Shown here: one piece after another, positions 20,563 through 32,120 of the stretch
Position numbering within the stretch: position 1 is the stretch's first letter
Layout: each line of letters starts with the position of its first letter
NCBI GenBank assembly: GCA_965203445.1
Contig: OZ241883.1
Location: 96,001 to 160,000, forward strand
Length of the DNA stretch: 64,000 nt
From: Candidatus Oxydemutator sp.
Lineage (GTDB): Bacteria > Pseudomonadota > Gammaproteobacteria > Poriferisulfidales > Oxydemutatoraceae
Direction of reading: 5' to 3'
The notes under the pieces: model-generated
Seen by the model: only the letters and a program-made list of their open reading frames with translations
Database searches by the model: none
What the model was told of the DNA's origin: nothing
Made by a program: the position numbers and the translations under genes

Positions 20563-21354
20563 TCAGGCGGCACTCAGGTGTATCGGCGCGTATGCCGCGT
20601 TCTGCTCGACGCGGATCATGCCGGCCTTGATCAGTTCGAGCAAAGCCAGAAAAGTGACGATGACGCCGGCGCTGCCTTCGCGCGGCGCAAAGCAGTCGGC
20701 GAACGCGACCGACCCGTCGCGCCCCAGCAGCGCGAGAATGTTCGCGATCCGCTCGCGCACCGGCAGCGGTTCGCGCGCGACCGCGTGGCGCCGGTGAAAC
20801 TCGGCGCGGCGCAGCACCTCCTGAAAGGCGCCGACGAGGTCGTCGAGGGCGACGCGCGGCGGCGGCTTGACGATCTTCAATCCGGCGCACGGCGTCTCGA
20901 ACTCGTGGAAGTCTCGCGCCGCGCGCGGCAGCCGGTCGAGGTCGCGCGCGGCCTTGCGAAAGCGCTCGTATTCGAGCAGGCGGCGCACCAGTTCGGCGCG
21001 CGGGTCTTCCTCCTCGGCGTCGGCGTCAGGCGGGCGCGGCAGCAACGTGCGCGACTTGATCTCGGCCAACGTCGCCGCCATCAGCAGGTACTCGGCGGCA
21101 AGCCCGATTTTCATCTCCTGCATCACGCCGATGTAGCGCATGTACTGCTCGGCGACGCGCGCAACCGGCAGACTCAGTATATCGAGGTTCTGGCGCCGAA
21201 TCAGATAGAGCAGCAGATCGAGCGGGCCCTCGAAAGCCTCGAGAAAAATCCGCAGCGCGTCGGGCGGGACGTACAGATCCTCGGGCGCCGCCTCGAGCGC
21301 GCGCCCTTCCACGACCGCGAACGAGCGCTGCGCGCCACCAACCGCCCCGGCCAC
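20563..21354 (-). CDS. scpA: SMC segregation/condensation protein A
   Basis: DLYVPPDAL, FEGPLDLLLYLI, AAEYLLMAATLAEIKSRTLLP, VTFLALLEL; start approximate. Confidence 0.94.
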   Translation of the reverse strand: MAGAVGGAQRSFAVVEGRALEAAPEDLYVPPDALRIFLEAFEGPLDLLLYLIRRQNLDILSLPVARVAEQYMRYIGVMQEMKIGLAAEYLLMAATLAEIKSRTLLPRPPDADAEEEDPRAELVRRLLEYERFRKAARDLDRLPRAARDFHEFETPCAGLKIVKPPPRVALDDLVGAFQEVLRRAEFHRRHAVAREPLPVRERIANILALLGRDGSVAFADCFAPREGSAGVIVTFLALLELIKAGMIRVEQNAAYAPIHLSAA

Positions 21355-21356
21355 CG

Positions 21357-22568
21357 TCAGCCGCCCCCCAGCTTCATCGCGCGGCACACTTCGTCGAGCG
21401 TGTCGCGCGCGACCTCGCGCGCGGCGTCGTTGCCCTCGGCGATGATCTTCTGCACCGTGCCCTTGTCGTTCTCGTAGTCGCGCGCGCGCGCGCGTATGCC
21501 GGCGATCTCGGCCTGCACGTCGTCTATCAGCGAGCGCTTGCACTCGAGGCAACCGATGCCCGCGGTGCGGCAACCTTCGTCCACCCAGGCGCGACGCTCG
21601 TCGTCGGAATAGATCTTGTGCCACTCCCACACCGGGCACTTCCCGGGATCGCCCGGGTCGGTGCGCCGTTTGCGCGCCGGATCGGTCATCATCGTGCGCA
21701 GTTTCACCTCGATCGCGTCCGGCGACTCGCGCAGCGAGATCGTGTTGCCGTACGATTTCGACATCTTGCGGCCGTCGAGGCCGGGAATGCGCGAGGCCCC
21801 GGTCACCATCGCCTGCGGCTCCGGCAGCAGCAACCGCGCCTCGCCGTCGAGATAGCCGCACAGGCGCTCGCGATCGCCGAGCGAGACGTTCTGCTGCGAT
21901 TCGACCAGGGCCACGGCGACGTCGTGCGCGCGCTCGTCGCCCTGCTCCTGGTGCTTCCTGCGCAGCTCGCGGTAGAGTTTCGCGTTCTTGTGGCCGAGTT
22001 TTTCGATGGCGCCTTTCACCCGTTTTCGGAAGTCCGGCTCGCGCCCGTACAGATAATTAAAGCGGCGCGCGATCTCGCGCGAAAGTTCGACGTGCGCGAC
22101 CTGGTCGTCGCCGACCGGCACGAGGCCGGCCTTGTAGATCAAAACGTCGGCGGCCTGCAACAACGGATAGCCGAGAAAACCGAACGTCGTAAGGTCGCGC
22201 CCCGGCAGCCTTTCCTGCTGCTCCTTGTAGCTCGGCACCCGTTCGAGCCAGCTCTGCGGCGTGATCATCGCCAGCAGCAGATACAGTTCGGCGTGTTCCG
22301 GCACCTCCGACTGCACGAACAAGGTCGCGGTGCCCGGATTGACGCCGCAGGCGAGCCAGTCAATGATCATCTCGATGGTGTTCCCGGCGACGTCGGAGGT
22401 GTCCTCGTAGTGCGTGGTCAGCGCGTGCCAGTCGGCGACGAAGAAAAAGCACTCGTGGCTCAGCTGCAACTCGGCCCAGTTTTTGACGACGCCGTGGTAA
22501 TGGCCGAGATGCAGCCGCCCGGTCGGGCGCATGCCGGAGACGACGCGCTTGCCTTGCGCCTGGGACAA
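21357..22568 (-). CDS. trpS: Tryptophan--tRNA ligase
   Basis: SGMRPTGRLHLGH, YPLLQAAD, VPVGDDQ, KMSKS. Confidence 0.97.
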   Translation of the reverse strand: MSQAQGKRVVSGMRPTGRLHLGHYHGVVKNWAELQLSHECFFFVADWHALTTHYEDTSDVAGNTIEMIIDWLACGVNPGTATLFVQSEVPEHAELYLLLAMITPQSWLERVPSYKEQQERLPGRDLTTFGFLGYPLLQAADVLIYKAGLVPVGDDQVAHVELSREIARRFNYLYGREPDFRKRVKGAIEKLGHKNAKLYRELRRKHQEQGDERAHDVAVALVESQQNVSLGDRERLCGYLDGEARLLLPEPQAMVTGASRIPGLDGRKMSKSYGNTISLRESPDAIEVKLRTMMTDPARKRRTDPGDPGKCPVWEWHKIYSDDERRAWVDEGCRTAGIGCLECKRSLIDDVQAEIAGIRARARDYENDKGTVQKIIAEGNDAAREVARDTLDEVCRAMKLGGG

Positions 22569-22716
22569 GTTCAGCCGGGCAGGCCGCGCCGACCTGGAAA
22601 ATCCGCGAACGCGCGGGGTGAATACATTATGGACTCAATCGGGCCGTGGTAACCAAGCAAGGGTAGCGCACGCGCCAGGGTTGTCAAGACTGGCGCGCGC
22701 TTCTCTTTATTTGAAC

Positions 22717-22836
22717 CCCCCGGGTGCCCCCGAGAGCAAGGAAACGCCCCACGGGCGTTCCCCCCGAGGGGCAAGGAAACACCCCCACGCCCGCCCCCGA
22801 GAGGCAAGGGAACGCCCCCACGGGCGTTCCCGAAGT
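22717..22836. repeat. Three tandem REP-like units (GCAAGGGAACGCCCCCACGGGCGTTCCC family)
   Basis: Three GCAAGG(A/G)AAC units, two with the GGGAACGCCC/GGGCGTTCCC-type stem; same motif recurs at 48331-48374 and 48521-48575. Confidence 0.8.
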
Positions 22837-22847
22837 ATATAATGGAA

Positions 22848-22963
22848 GGCGGCCTTTCGCAGTGGCGCCTTTGCAGCGGAGAATTGCCAATCCCGCCAGG
22901 TTCGGAAGAAAGCAACGGTAACAATTTTGCCGCGTGCCGAAGAACCGCCGCTGCGGGGGGCTT
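22848..22963 (+). ncRNA. ffs: SRP RNA (4.5S)
   Basis: Helix-8 motif CGCCAGGTTCGGAAGAAAGCAACGG, long terminal stem CGCAGTGGCG/CGCCGCTGCG, location upstream of dnaX, TATAAT at 22838-22843; ends approximate. Confidence 0.9.
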
Positions 22964-22974
22964 GGACAACGACG

Positions 22975-24687
22975 ATGAGTTACCAGGTACTGGCGCGCAA
23001 ATGGCGCCCGCGCAACTTCGAGCAGGTCATCGGCCAGCAGCACGTCATCCGCGCGCTCCAAAACGCGCTCAAGCTCGGACGCCTGCACCACGCCTATCTG
23101 TTCACCGGCACGCGCGGCGTCGGCAAGACCACGCTGGCGCGCATCCTCGCCAAGTGCCTCAACTGCGAACGGGAGGTGGGCGCCTCGCCGTGCGGCGAAT
23201 GCACGGTCTGCCGGCAGGTGGACGGCGGCAACTTCCTGGACCTGATGGAGATAGACGCGGCGTCGCGCACCGGCGTGGACGACATGCGCGAGCTGCTGGA
23301 CAACGTGCAATACGCCGCCGGCGCCGGGCGCTACAAGATCTACCTGATAGACGAGGTGCACATGTTGTCGGTCAACAGTTTCAACGCGCTGCTGAAGACC
23401 CTCGAGGAGCCGCCCGAACACGTCAAGTTCTTCTTCGCGACGACGCATCCGCAGAAAATCCCGGTCACGATCCTGTCGCGCTGCCTGCAATTCAACCTGA
23501 CGCGGCTGCCGCACGAGCTGATCCGCGAACATTTGGCCAAGCTGCTTGCAGCCGAGGACGTCGCCTACGAGGAAGCGGCGCTGGGCGAGATCGCGGTCGC
23601 CGCCGAGGGCAGCGTGCGCGACGCGCTGAGCTTGCTCGACCAGGCCATCGCCTACGGCGACGGACGCCTCAAGACCAGCGAGGTCGAGACGATGTTGGGG
23701 CTGGCCGCGCGCCAGCAGGTGATGGCCCTGGGACGCTGCATCGCCGACGGCGACGCGCCCGGACTGTTCGAGATTATCGAGCTTGCGTACCGCAAGGCGG
23801 TGGACTTCGAGAGCCTGCTGAAGGACGTGATCGCGCTGCTGCACCAGGTGGCGCTGCGCCAAGCCCTGCCCGGCGCCGAGATTGCGCCGCAACTGAAGGA
23901 GCAAGAGGTGGATCGGCTGGCCGCCGCCATCAGCGCCGAGGACCTGCAACTGTGCTACCAGATCGCGATCAACGGCAGGCGCGACATGGCGTTCGCCGCG
24001 GACGACAAGGCGGCGTTCGAGATGACGATGCTGCGGATGCTGCACTTCACGCCGCTGCAAGCGCCGGCGCGGACGCGCCGCGACAACGGCGCACAGGCGG
24101 CCGCGGGCGCCACCGCGGACGTGCAAGACGTGCCAGCGGCCACGCCCCCGGGGCGGCGCGCGACACCGCCGCAGGGCGCGCGCGACGCACCCGGTGCAAC
24201 CCGGGGCCCATCGAAAGACACGCCGCAAAACGCACCCGTCGCACCGACCGAGACCGAGACGGACGGCGCGCGCGCGAACTTCCGCCTCACCAACGGCAAC
24301 GACGTACCCGGCTGGATGCGGCTGATCGAAGCCTGCGGCCTGCAGGGCGCGGCAAAGGAAATCTGCCTGCACTCGCTGCTGACGCCGCGCTCCGAGACCG
24401 AAGCGACGCTGGCGGTGGACGAGCGCATCGAGGCGTTGTGCAGCGACGAGCGCAAGCGCGAGATCGGGGGCGCCCTCAGCCGGCTGCTCGGGGTCGAAGT
24501 CTCGCTTGCCTTCGAGACGGCCTCAGCGGCGCAAACACCAGCGCAGATGACAATGCGCGAAAAACTCGAACGCCACCGCAAAGCCGAACTGGCGATAGAC
24601 CAAAACCCGCAGGTGCACTCGCTGAAGGAACGCTTCGGCGCGCGCACCATCCCCGACTCGACGCGCCCGATCGAGCCGGAAAGCTGA
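22975..24687 (+). CDS. dnaX: DNA polymerase III subunit gamma/tau
   Basis: YQVLARKWRP, GTRGVGKTT, EIDAASRTGV, DEVHML, NALLKTLEEPP, SRCLQF. Confidence 0.98.
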   Translation: MSYQVLARKWRPRNFEQVIGQQHVIRALQNALKLGRLHHAYLFTGTRGVGKTTLARILAKCLNCEREVGASPCGECTVCRQVDGGNFLDLMEIDAASRTGVDDMRELLDNVQYAAGAGRYKIYLIDEVHMLSVNSFNALLKTLEEPPEHVKFFFATTHPQKIPVTILSRCLQFNLTRLPHELIREHLAKLLAAEDVAYEEAALGEIAVAAEGSVRDALSLLDQAIAYGDGRLKTSEVETMLGLAARQQVMALGRCIADGDAPGLFEIIELAYRKAVDFESLLKDVIALLHQVALRQALPGAEIAPQLKEQEVDRLAAAISAEDLQLCYQIAINGRRDMAFAADDKAAFEMTMLRMLHFTPLQAPARTRRDNGAQAAAGATADVQDVPAATPPGRRATPPQGARDAPGATRGPSKDTPQNAPVAPTETETDGARANFRLTNGNDVPGWMRLIEACGLQGAAKEICLHSLLTPRSETEATLAVDERIEALCSDERKREIGGALSRLLGVEVSLAFETASAAQTPAQMTMREKLERHRKAELAIDQNPQVHSLKERFGARTIPDSTRPIEPES

Positions 24688-24714
24688 CGCCGCCCCATCC
24701 CCGGCCCCGCCGCA

Positions 24715-25335
24715 ATGGCGCACAAGAACCTGCTGAAACAACTGACGGACACCTTCACCTGCCTGCCGGGAGTCGGCCAGAAGACCGCGCAGCGCTTCGT
24801 CTATCACCTGCTCGAGCGCGACCGCCCCGGCGGCGTGGCGCTCGCCGAACTGCTGGCCGCGGCCATGGAAAAAATCGGCAACTGCGAGCGCTGCCGCATG
24901 TTCACCGAGGACGCGCTGTGCGCAATATGCAGCGACCCCGGGCGCGACCGTTCGCTGCTGTGCGTGGTCGAGAATCCCGCCGATCTGGTGGCGCTCGAAA
25001 GCAACACCGACTACCGCGGCCTCTACTTCGTGCTGCACGGCAGACTGTCCCCGCTGGACGACGTGGGGCCGCAGGAGATCGGTCTCGACCTGCTCGAAGA
25101 CACGCTTAGGAAAAATGCCGTCAGCGAACTGATACTCGCCACCGGCACCACGGTCGAGGGCGACGTCACCGCGCACGTCATCGGCGAGCTGGCGGCGCGC
25201 CGGCACACCAGGACGACCAAGATCGCACAAGGGGTGCCGGTCGGCGGCGAGCTTGAATACGTGGATGCCTCGACGCTGGCGCAGGCCTTCACCACGCGCC
25301 TGCCGGTCGGCAACGACGGCGAGGCGCCCGACTAA
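24715..25335 (+). CDS. recR: Recombination mediator RecR
   Basis: LPGVGQKTAQR, C4 zinc finger, LCVVE, YFVLHGRLSPLD, GVPVGGELEY. Confidence 0.97.
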   Translation: MAHKNLLKQLTDTFTCLPGVGQKTAQRFVYHLLERDRPGGVALAELLAAAMEKIGNCERCRMFTEDALCAICSDPGRDRSLLCVVENPADLVALESNTDYRGLYFVLHGRLSPLDDVGPQEIGLDLLEDTLRKNAVSELILATGTTVEGDVTAHVIGELAARRHTRTTKIAQGVPVGGELEYVDASTLAQAFTTRLPVGNDGEAPD

Positions 25336-25448
25336 GGCGCGCGACCTCGTCCGGCCGCCCGCCTTGCGGCAGGCGCGTGGCGGACGAATCAAGGCCCCGG
25401 TCACGGCGCGCAAACGGCGCGCCGAAGCGGCGCGCCCATGCACGTACG

Positions 25449-26222
25449 TCAGCCGCCGTCGAAACGATAACCGAAGTCATGCGCCATCCGGCGGCACAGC
25501 ACGGCGATGCGCTCCCTGGAATAGTCGGTGTAATAGCCCCGGTAATCATCATTGCGCTCCCTGACTCCGGTCTTCGTGCGCGGCAGCGTCCGGCGGGGCA
25601 ACTGCAACAGCCGGCATACCTCGTCGTAATCCCGCTGCAAGTTCTCGAAACGCAGGTAGCGGTCGGCGTAGCGGCGCCCGCGACTGAAATAAAACTCCGG
25701 AATCTCGGCGACCAGCGGGGCGAACAGCCCCCGGCGCAGCGCGAACTCGACGCTCTCCTTGCGGCGCCCGCACTCAAGATCGCGCCGGGCGCGGCGCAGG
25801 TGCCGGCGACGGCGCACGTTGCCGAGCCAGCCGCGCACAAATCTGCCGCCGTCGTGCTGGATGTTCGGCCAATCCACGAGCAGCTTGTAGCGGTAAAAAG
25901 ACACGAACAAATCCCACGGATTCCTGACCACGGTGAACTTGAAATACCGCTCCCAGACGCCGGCGCCGACCTTGTCCCGAATTACGTCGGGCAGGACGTG
26001 CGGCGACAGCCAGCCGGCCACGGCGGTGTCGGCGAAAGCGTCCGTGTTTTGCGCGGACAAAACCCCGAAATCGTCGGCGTCCAGGTCGCGGCGAAACGTT
26101 TCGTCGCCGATGATGACGTCGTCGGCGCCGCACTGGCTCGACAGCGCGACGCGCACACTGGTGCCGGCGACCTTGCGCGGACACACGAAGATGAACTTGT
26201 GCCGATGCGAGACTATCGTCAC
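25449..26222 (-). CDS. Sulfotransferase (Sulfotransfer_2 / carbohydrate sulfotransferase-like)
   Basis: 5'-PSB FIFVCPRKVAGTS, 3'-PB FTVVRNPWDLFVSFY, RFENL, terminal FGY. Confidence 0.85.
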   Translation of the reverse strand: MTIVSHRHKFIFVCPRKVAGTSVRVALSSQCGADDVIIGDETFRRDLDADDFGVLSAQNTDAFADTAVAGWLSPHVLPDVIRDKVGAGVWERYFKFTVVRNPWDLFVSFYRYKLLVDWPNIQHDGGRFVRGWLGNVRRRRHLRRARRDLECGRRKESVEFALRRGLFAPLVAEIPEFYFSRGRRYADRYLRFENLQRDYDEVCRLLQLPRRTLPRTKTGVRERNDDYRGYYTDYSRERIAVLCRRMAHDFGYRFDGG

Positions 26223-27154
26223 GACCAGCGATCCAGCAGCCGCCCCAACGAGGCCCTGGCGCGGCGCATCGGCGTATAGCCGGGCGACGTCTTGACGAGG
26301 TCGCCGACGTGCAGCGCGGCGATCGCGCGCCGCGACAACAGGCTACGGTACGCCAGGTGCGCGGCGCACGCCGAAACCATGGACGGCGCCCCTTCGCCGC
26401 CGGATTGCAGTTCGACGCGCGCGAATGGATAGGCGCGGTTCAGGCGACGATTGACCTTGACCGCGACCAGCGACATGAACAGATCCTCGCCGTTCCACAG
26501 CGGTTCGCTTTTGTCCCTCACCAGGGTCTCGACCAACGGCGCGTAGTCGAAAAATGCGTTCGCCAAGCGCTTCGGAAACAACGCGGCGCCGGTCAGGGCG
26601 TAGGTGACGTCGCCGAAACGCGCACGGTCGCAGTAACGCAGGTTTTTGTCGGGGTCGCGCCCGTAGAGACTGTGGATGAGGTGCGGGTCGCGTGCAAAAC
26701 CGTCGTACAACGCGGACAAGCTCTCCGCGGGCACGATGACGTCGTCATCGAGCGACAACACGACGTCGTTGCGCGCCTCGGCGGCCGCCAGAAAACGACG
26801 CGCCAAGCCATATTTGCGGGCCGCGTCGTGATCGCGCCGATGGACGACGCGGCAGCGCTCGCCGGCGTAATCGAACGCCGTCTCCGGGCGCCCGTGGGAA
26901 ATAATGATTTCGTCGACGTGCGGACACTGCTCGAGCAGCGGCAAAATGACGTGCTTCAGGTTGTAGGCTCTTTCCCAATTCGGGATAACCGCCGAGACGC
27001 CGCCGGGAGGGGATTCGATATTCACGCCGTGACCATGTTTGCGCGCCCGTTCCAATACACTTTCAATACGCGATTTTGAAAAACCGTTCCGGGTCCCGCT
27101 CGGGTTCGACGCAAGTGTATGCACCGCTTTTGCGATAAGGCGCGTCGCGGGCAA
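26219..27154 (-). CDS. Glycosyltransferase, GT64 (exostosin/EXTL2-like); start uncertain (27154 or 27025)
   Basis: VSAVIPNWER, RF....RNDVVLSLDDDV (DxD), LTGAALF, NGEDLFMS, H...RS; motif order matches the GT64 domain. Confidence 0.72.
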   Translation of the reverse strand: MPATRLIAKAVHTLASNPSGTRNGFSKSRIESVLERARKHGHGVNIESPPGGVSAVIPNWERAYNLKHVILPLLEQCPHVDEIIISHGRPETAFDYAGERCRVVHRRDHDAARKYGLARRFLAAAEARNDVVLSLDDDVIVPAESLSALYDGFARDPHLIHSLYGRDPDKNLRYCDRARFGDVTYALTGAALFPKRLANAFFDYAPLVETLVRDKSEPLWNGEDLFMSLVAVKVNRRLNRAYPFARVELQSGGEGAPSMVSACAAHLAYRSLLSRRAIAALHVGDLVKTSPGYTPMRRARASLGRLLDRWS

Positions 27155-27214
27155 GTATAAGCCAAAACCTGCGCGCCGCGCATTGTAGGGTTATCATGCG
27201 CGCATGGCCCCGCA

Positions 27215-29415
<2,201 letters not shown>

Positions 29416-29441
29416 GCGCCACCCATTCGAGGAGAGGTTCG

Positions 29442-32042
29442 ATGCACAACGAAGCCGACAACAGCGACCACACCGAAAAAAACGCGCGGCAAACGCGCGA
29501 AGCGTGGGGCAAAACAAACAACGAGAAAGGCGAATTTCATCCGCTCGCCCATCACTGCATGGACGTCGCGGCGGTGTTCGCACGAATGATGAAACTGCCG
29601 GTCATCCGCAACCGCATGGAAACGGCGGCGGAGCGCCCGTTGACCGACGTGGACAGCGAGCGATTGTCGGCCCTGGTCTTCCTGCACGACGTCGGAAAGT
29701 TGCATCCCGGTTTTCAGGCCAAGGGTTGGCCGCCCGCACTGTGGCGCAGGGAACGATGCGGGCACTCGAAAGAGGGTTGGGCATTCTTGCAGTTAGCCGC
29801 AAGCCTGCCTGAGCATCCATTCCACAAAACCATGCGGGAGATGATGACATGGGGGCAGGCGGTGGTCGGACTCCTCGGCGCCGCCCTGGCACACCACGGG
29901 CAACCCGTTGGTCAACCGACCGACCCAACACTTGTAGATTGGGACCGACCATCCCTGCCCCACTACCAATGGCGCGAGGAAGCAGGCGTCATGGGAAAAG
30001 CCATGCGCAGATGGTTCGCCCGCGCCTTCGAGACGGGAGGTGCGGACTTGCCGGACAAACCACAATTCCACCACCTGGTCGCCGGACTTATCGCGCTCTC
30101 GGACTGGATTGGTTCGGACACGAGATTCTTCAAGTATCAGGCGCCTTTCACCTTGGACTACGACTCCGAGGCGCATGGAAACGCAGCGACGGCGCTGAAA
30201 GAAATCGGATTGGAACTGGATGAGGCGGCTTTCCAGCCTGCGCCGAGTTTTGCGAAGCTGACGGGACATACCAAACCAAATGCGGCGCAGTGTGTGGTGG
30301 GCAACGTCGAGCCGGAGGCGCGGCTTCTGATTCTCGAAGCCGAGACGGGATCGGGCAAGACCGAAGCCGCCCTGTGGCACTTTACGCAACTGCTCGCCGC
30401 CGGCAAAGTGTCCGGCCTTTACTTTGCAGTGCCGACGCGCGCCGCGGCCAGGCAGCTGCACTTGCGCGTCCATAGGATGCTGTCGCATGCGTTCGATGAA
30501 CAATTGCCTGAAGCCGTGTTGGCTATTCCGGGCATGTTGCGAGCGGGAGATTTCGAAGGCCGACGCCTGCCCGATTGGAAAGTCCTGTGGGATGACGCCG
30601 ACTCGCAATCAGCCCCGCGACGATGGGCCGCCGAGCATGCGACGCGGTTCCTGGCAGCGCCGGTCGCCGTCGGCACGGTGGATCAGGCGATGCTCGCAAG
30701 TCTTCAGATAAAACATGCGCACCTGCGAGGCAGTGCGCTGAACCGCAGTCTTCTGGTCATAGACGAGGTTCACGCGTCCGATGCCTACATGACCGAGATT
30801 CTGAAACGGCTCACGGAGGAACATCTGGCCACCGGGGGATACGCGATGCTGATGTCCGCAACGTTAGGCGCACGGGCGAGGTCGCGCTTAACCGGCGAGG
30901 TTCTGCCAAGCTTTAAGGTTGCCAGTGAAACACCTTACCCGGCTGTCTGGATCCAGGGAGAGCCTGGCCCGCGCGCCGTGGCGAGCGCGGAACACCCCAG
31001 GCAGGTACATCTCGAAACCGTCCCGACGATGGATCCGGCGGAGGCGGCAAAGAAAGCGATTGCGGCGGCGGAACGAGGCGCGCGCGTTCTGGTAATCCGG
31101 AACACGGTGGATAAGGTGGTAGAGACTTGGCGCGCGACGAGGGAGGCGGGCAAGAGTTCTCTGCTGTGGCAAGTGGCGGGAGGTCCGGCGCTGCACCATG
31201 GACGTTTTGCGGTCGAGGATCGCGCTCTGCTCGATGAAGCGGTCGAAAAAACACTCGCCCCATATAGATTACGAAAGACGCAGGGTTGCATCGTGATTGG
31301 CACGCAAACACTGGAACAGTCGCTCGATATTGACGCTGACCTGCTCATCACCGATCTTTGCCCGATAGACGTGCTGCTACAACGGATCGGGCGGCTCCAC
31401 CGCCACGACCTGCCCAGGCCAGACGGTTTTGAAACCGCCCACACTTGGATATTATTGCCAGAGAATGGTTTGGAACCTCTCACGAAACCAGATTTCTGTA
31501 ACGGGTTGGGTAGATGGAAAGACAAAGATGGAATTAACGGTATTTATCAGGATCTTGCAGGACTGGAATTGACCAATCGGCTGATCAAGGAAAGTCCCGT
31601 CTGGAGAATACCGGAGATGAATCGCGCATTGGTGGAGGGCGCCACTCACCCGAACTGCATTGAAGCACTAATAATGGAAATGGGGAGAGAATGGGATAAA
31701 TATAACAAGGACTTACATGGTTCCGAAATGGCGCAGAGGATGATCGCCGAGATCAACGTGTTGGATCGAGGGGAGGAGTATGGCGGTGAAAGCTTTCCCA
31801 GTGCAGATGAAAAAATTATGACTCGCCTGGGCGAGGAAGGAGTAATCCTGTCATTCGAGCCATCGCCCGGCCCCTTCGGCAAACCAGTGACCCGAATCGC
31901 TTTGCCGGCACGACGGTCTCATGGAATAATGGAAGAGGACCTGGTAAAAATTGAAAAAGAGGAAAATGGCCTGATTTTATCGGTCGCCGAGAAGCGATTT
32001 CGATACTCGCGTGAGGGGCTGATATACTTAAAGGGTTTATAA
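29442..32042 (+). CDS. cas3: Cas3 HD nuclease-helicase
   Basis: WGK..HPLAHHCMDVA, LHDVGK, SDWIGS, AETGSGKTE, IDEVH, SAT, QSLDIDAD, QRIGRLHRH; GGAG RBS-like sequence before ATG 29442. Confidence 0.97.
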   Translation: MHNEADNSDHTEKNARQTREAWGKTNNEKGEFHPLAHHCMDVAAVFARMMKLPVIRNRMETAAERPLTDVDSERLSALVFLHDVGKLHPGFQAKGWPPALWRRERCGHSKEGWAFLQLAASLPEHPFHKTMREMMTWGQAVVGLLGAALAHHGQPVGQPTDPTLVDWDRPSLPHYQWREEAGVMGKAMRRWFARAFETGGADLPDKPQFHHLVAGLIALSDWIGSDTRFFKYQAPFTLDYDSEAHGNAATALKEIGLELDEAAFQPAPSFAKLTGHTKPNAAQCVVGNVEPEARLLILEAETGSGKTEAALWHFTQLLAAGKVSGLYFAVPTRAAARQLHLRVHRMLSHAFDEQLPEAVLAIPGMLRAGDFEGRRLPDWKVLWDDADSQSAPRRWAAEHATRFLAAPVAVGTVDQAMLASLQIKHAHLRGSALNRSLLVIDEVHASDAYMTEILKRLTEEHLATGGYAMLMSATLGARARSRLTGEVLPSFKVASETPYPAVWIQGEPGPRAVASAEHPRQVHLETVPTMDPAEAAKKAIAAAERGARVLVIRNTVDKVVETWRATREAGKSSLLWQVAGGPALHHGRFAVEDRALLDEAVEKTLAPYRLRKTQGCIVIGTQTLEQSLDIDADLLITDLCPIDVLLQRIGRLHRHDLPRPDGFETAHTWILLPENGLEPLTKPDFCNGLGRWKDKDGINGIYQDLAGLELTNRLIKESPVWRIPEMNRALVEGATHPNCIEALIMEMGREWDKYNKDLHGSEMAQRMIAEINVLDRGEEYGGESFPSADEKIMTRLGEEGVILSFEPSPGPFGKPVTRIALPARRSHGIMEEDLVKIEKEENGLILSVAEKRFRYSREGLIYLKGL

Positions 32043-32052
32043 GATAGACCTT

Positions 32053-32081
32053 TTGCAATACCCATTACTCGGCGCTATACT
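32053..32081 (+). promoter_or_regulatory. Sigma70-like promoter for the cascade operon
   Basis: TTGCAA-N17-TATACT in the cas3-cas8e intergenic region. Confidence 0.7.
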
Positions 32082-32120
32082 GAAAAGAGAGAAGCCCGCG
32101 GTTGTCGAGCAGTTTATCAA

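Noticed and set aside
22975-24687. Programmed frameshift producing the gamma subunit
   Set aside because: No A-AAA-AAG slippery site or poly-A run seen
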